Below, piece after piece: positions 10,903 to 22,642 of a DNA stretch of 64,000 nt. The DNA is from Octopus vulgaris. Its lineage: Eukaryota. The stretch lies in the NCBI GenBank assembly GCA_951406725.2, contig OX597831.1:33418001-33482000 (forward strand). The letters run 5' to 3'. The notes beneath the pieces are model-generated. The model searched no databases, was not told the origin of the DNA, and saw only the letters and a list, made by a program, of their open reading frames with translations. A program made the translations under genes and the position numbers. How positions within the stretch are numbered: the first letter of the stretch is position 1; the number at the start of each line of letters is the position of its first letter.

Positions 10903-12570
10903 CAAATTTTCTAGCCCAAAATGTAGCTTAGGAAGTGACCAATCTCAAAATGTATAAACATAATCAAATTTGGTAAAAAAAAAAAACTGAACTAGTGACA
11001 AAGCCTAGAAGTGGCCGTGAGTGAGCAAATGTTGACCTTAAGAATATTATTCAACACTACCATGTGTGAATGATGTTTATTACAATATATATTTATTACA
11101 ATATAGTGTATTCTGTGAATATGAGGTAGATCTTTGCAAGGTACCTAAATACTGAACAGAACCAAACATTTTGCAGAATTGGTTTCCAATTTTGGCATAA
11201 GGGCCATTAAATCGGGGGTGGGGGGAGGGAAGTTGATCACATCAATTTCAGTGCTCAGCTGATACTCATTTTTATTGAGTACTGAAAAGATAAAAGGAAA
11301 AGACGACCTTGGCGAAATTTGAACTCAAATGTCCCCGTAACTTAGCGGTTCGGCAAAAGAGACCGATAGAATAAGTACTAATCTTACAAAGAATAAGTCC
11401 TAGGGTTGATTTTGATTCGACTAAAGGTGGTGCTCCAGCATGGCCGCAGTCAAATGACTGAAACAAGTAAAAGAGTAAAGAGTAATATTTGGAGTCAAAT
11501 TCGATTTCAGGCGTTAATCATTTTTTTTTTTTTTTTACCTGTTTTGACCTCAGTACTTTTTTCTACTGAATTTTTTTTGCATATAACTAACCTGGATAGA
11601 TTTCTGTCGTCGAGGTCTATCATATAAGCTAAAATAAAATATAGATTTATTCAAAAACAAAAATTTGGACTCAAAGTCGATTTCAGGCGTTACTCTCCCA
11701 TTTGTGACCTCACATATTTGGTTCAAACTATTTTTCTAATGAACCAATTTTCAAATTTTTTAGCCCGAAATGTAGCTTATGATATGACAAACCTAAAAAT
11801 GTAAACATCATCTAATTTGGGTAAAAAGCAAGTTAGTTACATAGCCTAGAAGTGGTCGCAAGTGAGTAAATATTGACCTAAAGAATATTATTCACACAAT
11901 ACCGTGTGTGAATGGTATTTTTTGAACAGATTAGCATCATGACACTCGTCTTCATGAATTCTATTATATGAGGTAAAAAAAATTTGAGGTTTTTAATTTG
12001 ATTCTAGACGTTACAACTTTTTTTCGGCACATTTGGTCCCAATAGTTTTTTGTTTAAAAAACCCCTTTTTTATATATATATAATTAGCATCATCGGATCC
12101 TTCTCGTGGAGATTTATCAGAAAAGTTAAATTTAAATATAGTTTTCTTTTGAAATAAGAATAATATTTGGAGTCAAAGTTGATTTCAGGCGGTAATCTCC
12201 TTTTTTTTTTTGACGGTTTTTACCTCAGTACTTTTTTTCTACAGAATACTTTTGCATATAAGTAACATGGAAAGATTCCTCTCGCCGAGGTCTATCATAT
12301 AAGCTAAAATGAAATATAGATTTCTTTAAAAAAAATATTTGGAATCGAAGTCGATTTCAGGCGTTACTCACCGTTTTTGACTTCACACATTTGACTCAAG
12401 CTTTTTTTCTAATGAACCAATTTTCAAATTCTGTAGCTGAAAATGTAGCTTAGAATGTGACGAATCTAAAAAGGTAAACATCATCTAATTTGCTTAAAAA
12501 ATGAGTTAGTTACAAAGCCTAGGAGTGGTCGCGAGTGGGTAAATGTTGACCTTAAGAATATTATTCACAA
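10901..12570. repeat. Degenerate tandem array of long units, interrupted by SINE fragments
   Basis: The block TTCAAATT..AAATGTAGCTTA..AGCCTAGAAGTGGTCGC..GACCTTAAGAATATTATTCA recurs at about 10901, 11750 and 12422; ATTTGGAGTCAAAGTCGATTTCAGGCG recurs at about 11487, 11663, 12165 and 12337. Confidence 0.75.
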
Positions 12571-13377
12571 TGATATACATACATTCATACATATTTATAC
12601 ACACACACGAGGTGGGAGGGAATGACTGAAAAGTTCCTGGCTTTGGGTGAAAGAAAATACTAGAGGATCAGTTAATTATGGTTTTATTCAACTTAAAGGT
12701 GGTGAGATGAATAGAATCGTTAGCACACCTGTGAGTTCAAATTCCGCCGAGGTCGATTTTGACTTTTATCCTTTCGGCGTCGATTCAGGAAAGGTGATCT
12801 CACGTTCTATGGTGAAACGAAGAAAGTTCGTTTTGGAACTACATATTCCGAAGTTCGATCCCACATTATGGCACTATTTTGGACGAGTCTTTTCTGCAAC
12901 AGCCTCAGATCTGCACAAACTACATGGAAACCCATCAGGACTATTATTCCTGTTCTTGGTTGGGAGTGTATATTTGTTACCCTGTTTAATACCTTCATCT
13001 TGCTCTCAGTGCCACTTGAGACCCTTAAGAGACCCAGCCATTAAAAAAACCGATGATTTTCATCTCCAGTGCCGTCTTAAAGTATGGGCTTATTGGGAAG
13101 TGGCCCAGTGGACCACACGGTTTTCGGGGTCCATTTTTGGTCAATGCATGCTGTTGTTTGCTGTCAATAAATAAACACCTATAAGGCCCAGTGCACTGGT
13201 TTTCCCGGGAGTCTATAATATTGATAAGAAAAGACCTGCTCCTCTCCCAATACAGTCACCTTCACCTTCAAAACAACTTCCATGCTACTTGTTCGTATAT
13301 ACTCCAATCCTCTTCCGTGATGAAGGGTCGAGTCTGAAACATGTTAGGTGCATGCTACATCCTCTTAAGAAACACAA

Positions 13378-13487
<110 letters not shown>

Positions 13488-13509
13488 ATACACACTATAC
13501 TTTGCTATA

Positions 13510-13990
13510 TATAAAATATGGGAGATTTTAATATAAGAAAATTTTCGTAGTCGCATAGGTGGCACACATCTGACCCTCCAGAATATGCTTTGGCATGTTC
13601 TGCTGATGACCATCGTTCTGGGAGTCTGAACGAATATGTGTGGTGAGTGTGTCTGATTTTAAAACTTAGCTTCCATCAAGTCTAATCAGTCTCGTTTGAT
13701 TTGGCCTTGTGACTTCACTTTTGCTCAATATAGCAACACTCTACAGAGACATCTTCAGCTGAGAAGTCATAAGTTAGCATTAGTAATGCTGCACTGCAGT
13801 GAATTGGTTAGGGGAAAGAGATGTTAAGATAGTTTCTGTAATTTCTGTTATTGATATTGAAAACCAGATCTTTAACGTTAGTAATGTAGTTGTAGTTAAA
13901 TTTTCAAGTGTTTGTGATACCTGCGGCCTAAAGAGAAAGGATTGAGTAGAATTCTGGTAAATTTGGATCAAAGAAAGCTTTCTCTTAGCA
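13510..13990 (-). mobile_element. Penelope-like element remnant (GIY-YIG endonuclease C-terminal region)
   Basis: Minus-strand peptides FKIRHTHHTYSFRLPER and AKAYSGGSDVCHLCDYENFLILKS resemble the PLE motifs FKxRyxxHxxSF and AxxY..CxLCxxEK; frameshifted. Confidence 0.6.
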
Positions 13991-14839
13991 GTGGACTGTA
14001 TATGGGAGGGTTCGCCCTGGGCGGCGCTTTTATGAAGGGGGCACTTTTGCCGTGGAATCCTGTATTGGGATAGGGGGCAAAAAACTCAAGTGTTTCTCTG
14101 GGTGGTCTATAAGGTTGATCGTCGTTGAACAGAGGCGGCCTTCACTGCATACAATTTCGGTCCTGTTTTTAGAGGTTGGGTGTACAGTGGAATCTGCTTA
14201 GTAATCAGACTAAATGGTCACATATCAGTGTATCAAAAGAGTCCAGATCAAAACTATGGGATCCAGATCAAAACTGTGGGAGAACCTCATCGGCGTTTGC
14301 TACTGACACCATTATGGTGTTAGACACCAGAGAAGAACAGGTCATTGGTATCAGTTAAAGGGAATACAAGGCGCTAACAAAATAAAAGATTAACTCGGAG
14401 AAGACGCTCTCATAAACTAAGTAAATTACCAAGACGAGACAACATTATCTCACAGAATTAGGCCACTACGTTAATCCTTTTTTTTTTCTACTACAGCTCG
14501 CCAGTTTCTTTTCTTGGAACGGTCTTGGAACCTTCATAGTTCAACGGAGAAAGAAAGGCTGCAGTAAAGAAATTGTGGAGTGCAGAGAGGAGGATGAGGC
14601 AGATAAAACATCATGGTCATCCATTGCATCCTTCTCCCTCCCCAGTCGTCTTGACTTGGTGTTGCCACTGGATTGAAGACAGTCACGGACGAGAGAGTGA
14701 GGTTAACGCTTCACATCTCTTCTTCACTTTCAACATCGCACAAATCATCAGTCATCTCCAGGGCACCTAAACGGTCCCCGTCGTCCCGATGGACAAATAT
14801 GTAGAATATTAAAACCTTCACTAAAAACGTGTCCCTTCT

Positions 14840-15385
14840 ACGAATTTTTTTCCCTCGAGTGTTCAGGACCCCAGTAATGAACTCATTTGCATACAACCAA
14901 TCAGAGTTCACCTTGACCTTGTTGTCAACTTAACAATCACACTCTCCCAAGTAAACTCAAGACGAAGAATGGTGTTGTAAGTCGACCGATCGCCAAGTTA
15001 TGCCTGATTTTAGAAGGAGACAAGTAATTAGATAGATTTGCATTTATATCTATTATCGGATTTTGTTAGGGCCCCATAAGGTAAAGACACGGATGAGAAA
15101 AATGTGGGTAGAGGGTGATGTGCGAGTAACCCTCTCCCATAACTGTTTTACAAAGTAAAAAACAACAAAAATAATTATGCAGAGGCAGCCATGGTTGAAA
15201 CAAGAACAAGAACAACAAGCATTCTTAAAAGAGAAAAGAAGCATGTTCATTTCTTACCCAAGTGACCTTATGTTATCGCACATCACTTATGCACTCATAA
15301 ATCAGTTTGATAGTTGATCTCTGATTGGCTGTATGCAAATAATTCATAACTGGGGTCCGGAACTCTCGTGGGAAAATTTTTTCGC
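14840..15385. mobile_element. MULE-like MITE with about 70-bp TIRs and 9-bp TSD
   Basis: Arms at about 14840-14911 and 15313-15385 are imperfect inverted copies; flanks are GTCCCTTCT (14831-14839) and ATCCCTTCT (15386-15394). Confidence 0.7.
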
Positions 15386-15537
15386 ATCCCTTCTGTCTAC
15401 CTGGGATACAACAGACTTGTATGATTATACGTCATAATACTAAATGGTGGTGATTTTATTGATCATTCTTACAGCTTATTTTCTTTGAAGTATCAATATC
15501 GTATTTTCATGTTATAATCTTCAGCATCACATTAGCT

Positions 15538-15609
15538 GGGGATGTAGCTCAGTGGTAGAGCGTTCGCTTCGCATGTGAAATGTCCCGGGTTCAATCCCCG
15601 GCATCTCCA
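15538..15609 (+). tRNA. tRNA-Ala-CGC: tRNA-Ala (anticodon CGC)
   Basis: 72-nt cloverleaf GGGGATGTAGCTCAGTGGTAGAGC..TTCGC-TT-CGC-AT-GTGAA..CCGGGTTCAATCCCCGGCATCTCCA; A and B boxes intact; G3:U70 alanine identity pair present. Confidence 0.95.
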
Positions 15610-15616
15610 GGACGCA

Positions 15617-15622
15617 TTTTTT
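15617..15622 (+). terminator. RNA polymerase III terminator (T6)
   Basis: Run of six T starting 8 nt after the tRNA 3' end. Confidence 0.7.
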
Positions 15623-16892
15623 AAACAAATCCTTTAAAATATATCCTGAAGGAATAGCTTCTTGTAATCACTTCAATGAAGCCATTTTGATATCAGTAAC
15701 CGTTTGATTACGTTAAGCAACGGAAGTGTTTGTGACTCATTAATTTTTTACAAAAATAACCATCTTTATATGTATGTCAGAGAACAATTTATATGGGTTT
15801 AACAAGTCCTGTAGAATATACATTAAAGGAGTCCCTTGAAAAACCTTTGAAACGAATCCTTTTCGATATCAATAACCATCTGATCACATTAAGCAAATAA
15901 AAAGCTTGACACCCATTAATTTTGATAACAATAAACGGCTTCATATATGTACATATATTCAGTAGAAACAGCTTATAGTCACTGGTGCGGGAATGAAATT
16001 TGCTTAGCAGGTGCAAACCCAGTCCCGCCAATTTTTTTTACAAATAAGGCTATGGTTTATTTATTTATTTATTTATGTTCTTGGTTCTTTGAGAAGAAAC
16101 CTAATTCAAGCTACTTTTTACTCACTGTTTTCTAAATCTGAAAAAACTAAGTAGGGGAGCAAATTTTGATTTTGCATTCCACAAAAAAATTTAGGGGGTG
16201 CAAGCACACTCCCAGCACCTCCGGTTCCCGGGCCCATGCTTATAGTTATTCCTTTGGGACAAAGTCTTCTTGATAAATATACCCGACTGATTACATAAAC
16301 TAAATAAAGAACTTGAGCTTTACTAATTTGGATAACTCTGATGAGCGGCTGATAACATTATTCGTGATTCTAATAAGCATCCTCCACTATACAGTTGTTA
16401 AGAAAAATAAAAGCAAACCAGAAGTGAATATACAACTGTGTATGTGTAGATATATGTTTGGATATACCTGTGATTCTATTCAGCAGCTTCCACTTCCCAA
16501 CCACATGGTTCCGGGTTCAGTTCCTCTGCGTGGCACCTTGGGCAGGTGTCTTCTACTACAGCCTCGGACCGACCAAAGCATTGGTAGACGGAAACTGAAA
16601 GAAACCTGTAACTTAATTATCACTTCACTCAAACCCGCCCACCCAAGGAAGAGTTTAATCCAACAGAGACTATATTAAGCTAAGATTAATTCTAATGCAT
16701 CGCAGACCAACGATGGCTTAACTGGCCGAAACTTCGAAGTCACTATCAACAATATTCTTTTTAAGAATAAACTATATATAACTCGTCTCTATGAATTCGG
16801 AAGTACTGGTTTTTTGGATACTAATTTTGTTCGATGGCGCTTGGTCGAATGGATATCTTGATTACCAGTGCTCTCAAATTTATAATTGAAAT

Positions 16893-16961
16893 ACTATACT
16901 GATGATGGAAATAAGGTATGAGTTATTTTACATATCTTTAATCAAGAAACGCGTATATAGT
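16893..16961 (+). ncRNA. Type I hammerhead ribozyme motif (Penelope-like), intact core
   Basis: ACTATA-CTGATGA-[stem II including AAGGTATG/CATATCTT]-GAAAC-GC-GTA-TATAGT: 6-bp stem I, palindromic stem III ACGCGT, GUA cleavage triplet. Confidence 0.75.
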
Positions 16962-18719
16962 TAATCAAAGCCGGATAGATTCGTAATTTTTTTCTCTTTG
17001 CCTGTGTGAGTTGAGAGTATTGCTGTCTGGGAGATATCTTATGATAGTAGAATAGTATTTAACTGCTATTTCTAAATTTTGGTATGTGGTGAAGCAGTTT
17101 TGCTAAGCCCTAATTATAATTATGTTTATAATTATAAAAAAAATGTGTACAAGTTTACCGTTAATGGTTCTTTTAACATACCGAACTACTTCGTAAGATT
17201 ATTAATTATAAATTGATTAATTAATTTTACCCTTTATTATTATTGATTATATATATATATATATATTTCCTCATAAATTTCGGAAAAATGATAATTTTTT
17301 TAATGAAAATTTCTACAAATGTATTTCAGCTGGATTTGATTACGATTATACTGAATTTAATGCAAAGAAAAAGACAGAATCGGAGGGCGCACACATACTG
17401 ATACAGTTCACATATATCTACAAAATGAAACTTTGAAGAAAAAAAAAAAAAAATTCTGATTTGTGCCAGGATGTACGTGTATGCGCCACCAGTTATTTTT
17501 CTTTCTTAATTAAAATTCTGATATGATCATAATGTACACTGTCTGAAAGCTATTTGTAGAAATTTTCATTTAAAAATTTTAATTTTTCTGTAAGTTATGA
17601 GTAAATAAAAACGACTCATGCGAATTTTTCATTTTAAATTCCGTTATGATCGGAATCTACACCATCTGAAAGGTATCTGCAGAAAACTTCATTGAAAATT
17701 ACCAGTTTTTCTGACAATTATGAAGAAGTAAATTAATGAGGCACACTTGTGTAGTTATGCCATTACTAATCGCTAACATCGACAAAATTAAAGTACTAGT
17801 CAAATATTGAAAGAAATTTTATCGATTCCTTCCCCCACCACTTTGCCAATGCCCGATCTTGTAGTCAATGTTAGAAATTTTATAAACCATTTTTATAAAG
17901 CGCAAAGAATATTTAGAGCCTTCGGTCAAAATGCTTTAATTATTCTTTCCTCAAGAGTGTGAGAAGAGCTTGGACAAACTGTTTTGTTTAACAATAGGCA
18001 ATCTTTCGGAGAAAGTATATGAGAAGTGAAAGTTTTTCGACATTTTCCGTAAAAATCTTTTTCTTTATTTTTTTCCAGCTGATGTTTATGTATGTATGTG
18101 TTTATGTCTGTGTATATGTGTGTGCGTATGTATGTATGTGTTCATGTGTGTGTATATATGTATACACATATATAATTGTTTTTCTTCTTTTAAATCAGCT
18201 GAAAATCGAGATAGAGCGAACTTTTTCCCTTTTGTCTGATCAGCGGTTTCCCTGTGCGAGAATTACTTCCCCATGCACAAACGACTAAAAGCTCAAAATT
18301 CTCAATTAAGCAAACCAATGCCCAAAATCTCTGAGTTATCACCCTTGAAACAAAATCGCTCTTCTTTTAAGCTACTATTTATACCTTCTCAAACCAAAAA
18401 GCTCCAAGCAGGCTGAACAATTTCTTTAATTGTATTGGCAGTCAGCAGTGTCTGGCCCATATAAACCACTACCAGCCTTCATATACACACATATATATAT
18501 ACTTATTATATATATATACAATGGCTTATTTACTTCGATCTGGTCTCACAAAGGTAAATATCATTTACTAAATATAATATTAAAGAATAGATCTAAGAAT
18601 TCATATTAATTTTTGGTGATATTGTTTAGATGTTTCAGGTAATTTACAGCTGTTTGTTTTATTCTTTAAAAATGCCATACTCAACATTTGGGTACACGCA
18701 CACTTAGGTTTTCTTGTTA

Positions 18720-19052
<333 letters not shown>

Positions 19053-19615
19053 GTATAATTCTAATATAGTGAATATAAAGGTAAAGTGTTTTTGGGATGA
19101 TGTGCATTCAGATATATTTTTGAAGAATCTTGTATTAAGGTGATAATAATAATGATGATGATAATAACAAATGAAGGTGTATAAACTATAGAATAGGGAA
19201 TGGTAGGTTTTTTTTTTTTACTGGCGGAGTAGAATCGAAGATGAAGACGTACATTTCCCCCCACCTCGTTAGATGAGATGGTCGTAACATGGTTAACCAA
19301 TTGTCTGTTTCTGAATGAAGAAGACCCAAGTCGTGTGCAAGAAATCCGTCCATATACTCATCGAAGTTCGACCTTTTTTTTACTTGTTTACGGGACGGTC
19401 ATCGTTTCCTTATTAATCAATTAATATCGATAAGGACGATATAATTTTCCCCGTTGATGGATTCTTGTGATCGTACAAGGTCAAAGCAAATGACATTAAT
19501 ATCATTACAATAATGTATCATATATATATATATTTATTTATTTATTACGCTCAGTCATACACACAGACTCACACATTCCTATGTACAACATGTCTTTTAA
19601 TATAATAGTTTCGCA

Positions 19616-19654
<39 letters not shown>

Positions 19655-20247
19655 CATATGTCTGTAGATAACACGCTGAGGTTCCGCGTAGGTGTTTCAT
19701 GCTTTTGATAGCTACGATCTTCAGTACATTCGAAGGACTAAGTCAGTAACTCTATAAATACACGCATCTCTAATGTAACATACATACATTCATATTCACA
19801 TACATACATTCACATTTTTACTACTCTACATAGTTTCCACAAACACACAAACACACGTATATATTAATCTCGCACAAGTGAGGTGGTGGTGGTGGAGGTC
19901 TTGCAAAGGTCATTAACATTGCAATTTCTCTCTTGATTAATTTCTTAAATATATACCTGCTTGTTACCATCAATTCCTGCAATGTAATGCAATGGACTAT
20001 ATCTTTTCGAGCCCCCTTTATAACCCTTTATAGACATTGTTTCCGAAAGTATGTTGATCGCATCGAACATATATCGCAGCTAGATAAACATGCATACTGT
20101 CTTAGTACTATTCTATCGATTAAGAGTTATTGGATATATATATATATATATATACTCACATACGTATAAAATGTATAGTATATTTGTATGTGTATATATA
20201 TGTATACCCACACTCGTACAATACGCTTGGGTGTACAAACGAAAAGA

Positions 20248-20302
<55 letters not shown>

Positions 20303-20389
20303 CCTACCTACATACATCATACATACATACATACATACATACATACATACATACATACATACATACATACATACATACATACATACATA

Positions 20390-20427
<38 letters not shown>

Positions 20428-21298
20428 GTACATGTATTTGCTGGAGACTGATCATTCACCTCTGTCATTACTCGAAGTGAGGTTTTGTCCTTAACGAGTT
20501 AAACTAGGGCATATAACTACAGTTTAGTACCTCAGCGCTGACTGCTTTACTTTCCCATAACTTTTTCCTTACGCATATTATTTCATTTCTAAATACTTAT
20601 GATCTGAATTGTATTAGACTAAACGTAAACTAGTGTGTGTGTGTGTGTGTATATTTATATACATACATATATATTTATTTATTATCATACCTTTCTATTT
20701 CATGTTGATAATGATAATATTATTAATAATTTTTGTTTGTCAACATAATCGTCATTTCACACCTTCGGAAACATATCTGCACAGTTTTCTCAGGAAAGCG
20801 TATTATTAAAATAAAGTAACTTAGTCGTAGGTGTTGAGGGGGTAACAAAGTGTAGACATGTGTAATTTTGTTTGGGTATGGATGAAGAAATAGCAAAATA
20901 TCCATCTCACCCGAGGGCAACAAAAATAACGAAACACTTTCCAATTAATCCTTTAATTCCGTATGGAACATAAGCCGCCAAGAAGATATCTTCATCTGTT
21001 CATCTCCAACAAAACCACCAACCTGCTTTCTGGGTACCTTGGGTACTCACCATCTCTCTCTCTCTCTGTTTACTGCCCACAAGGGGCTAAACATAGAGGG
21101 GACAAACAAGGACAGACAAAGGGACTAAGTCGATTACATCGACCCCAGTGCGAAACTGGTACTTTATTTATCGACCCCGAAAGGATGAAAGGCAAAGTCG
21201 ACCTCGGCGGAATTTGAACTCAGAACGTAACGACAGACGAAATACCGCTAAGCATTTCGCCCGGCGCTCTAACGTTTCTGCCAGCTCGCCGCTAATAC

Positions 21299-21329
<31 letters not shown>

Positions 21330-21537
21330 CATACGTAGACACACGTAGATATATGCACATATATAAATACACACACACACACACACACACACTCGGTGTG
21401 GCAAATTCAAAGGTATATGGTGAGATTATTTAGAATAAAGCTGGAAGTCCGAGTCGCATCAAGTTTAATCTATAATCCTGAAACTGACAATATATAGTCG
21501 TACAAACAACAGAGCTCAAAACATGAAAGTGTGTATG

Positions 21538-21582
<45 letters not shown>

Positions 21583-21879
21583 TAAAATGAGACGATGCTC
21601 CAGCATGGCCACAGTCACATGACTGAAACAAGTAAAAGAGAGAGAGTAACAAAGCTAAAGCAGTATGAAATCTCTAGGACATTTATAAAAAGGAAGGTAC
21701 TCTTACAGGTGTTTCAGGGACATGAGGGATATCCCTACACCAGAGACGATATGAGTGAGTTAAATAGAGGGAGACAGTAGAGGTCCTAACTACGGTCCTT
21801 CGGTAGCACTTACGTAGCCTTACTTGCCATTTTGGGTCTTCTGGATACTAAAACCTCCCATATATATATGAACACATCA

Positions 21880-22642
21880 TGTGCTTCTCAACCCGAGTTC
21901 ATATAAGATTTTGTTATTAAAATTTATGTGCAATAAATTATTTATGTTTTTACAGTACACAAAATATTTTAACAGGAATTTTCTAAACGTCGAATGGATG
22001 GCTATAGGGGCCCACTGGTGTAAAATACGAATCAGGGGTACTATAAGCAAAAGAAAGGTTGAGAAATACTGCGCTAGAGTTTAACCCCCCCCCTTTTTTT
22101 TTTTACCAGTGGACCTCTTTGATCCATGTTTTAATCTGGGTGATTCTCGTAGCCATTCCATATTATAAAAATCCTGTAATATTTTTATAAATATTATTAG
22201 GAATTCTTGACTTTTTTTTCAGTCATTTGACAGTGGCCATGCTGGAGCACCGCTTTTAGTCGAGCAAATCGACCCCAGGACATATTCATTGTAAGCCTAG
22301 TACTTATTCTATCGGTCTCATTTGCCGAACCGCTAAGTTACGGGACGTAAACACACCATCATCGGTTGTGAAGCGATGTTGTGGACACACACACACACAT
22401 CTTCCATCTACTAAATCCACTAACAAGGCTTTGGTTAGCCTGAAGCTACTGAAGAAGACACTTGCCCAAGGTTCCATGCAGTGGGACTGAACCCAGAGCC
22501 ATGTGGTTGGTAAACAAGCTACTTACCACACAGCCACTCTTGCGCCTGTATAAAAAATTTAAAAAAAATATTTTGCATAAATTTTAACAAAATCTTATCT
22601 GGACCCCTAAGGGTCATGTGGACCCTGGGTTGAGAACCAGTG
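21880..22642. mobile_element. hAT (Charlie-like) MITE fragments with a nested SINE (about 22215-22545)
   Basis: Ends resembling CAGTG.TTCTCAACC and GGTTGAGAACCA.TG; related fragments at about 6315-6345 and 6990-7170. Confidence 0.55.

Noticed and set aside
12647-13174. 175-aa ORF
   Set aside because: Runs through a mariner-like TIR, a SINE fragment and other repeat pieces, with no coherent homology.
14487-14676. Acceptor-like site followed by an open frame
   Set aside because: No recognisable product or partner exon in any frame.
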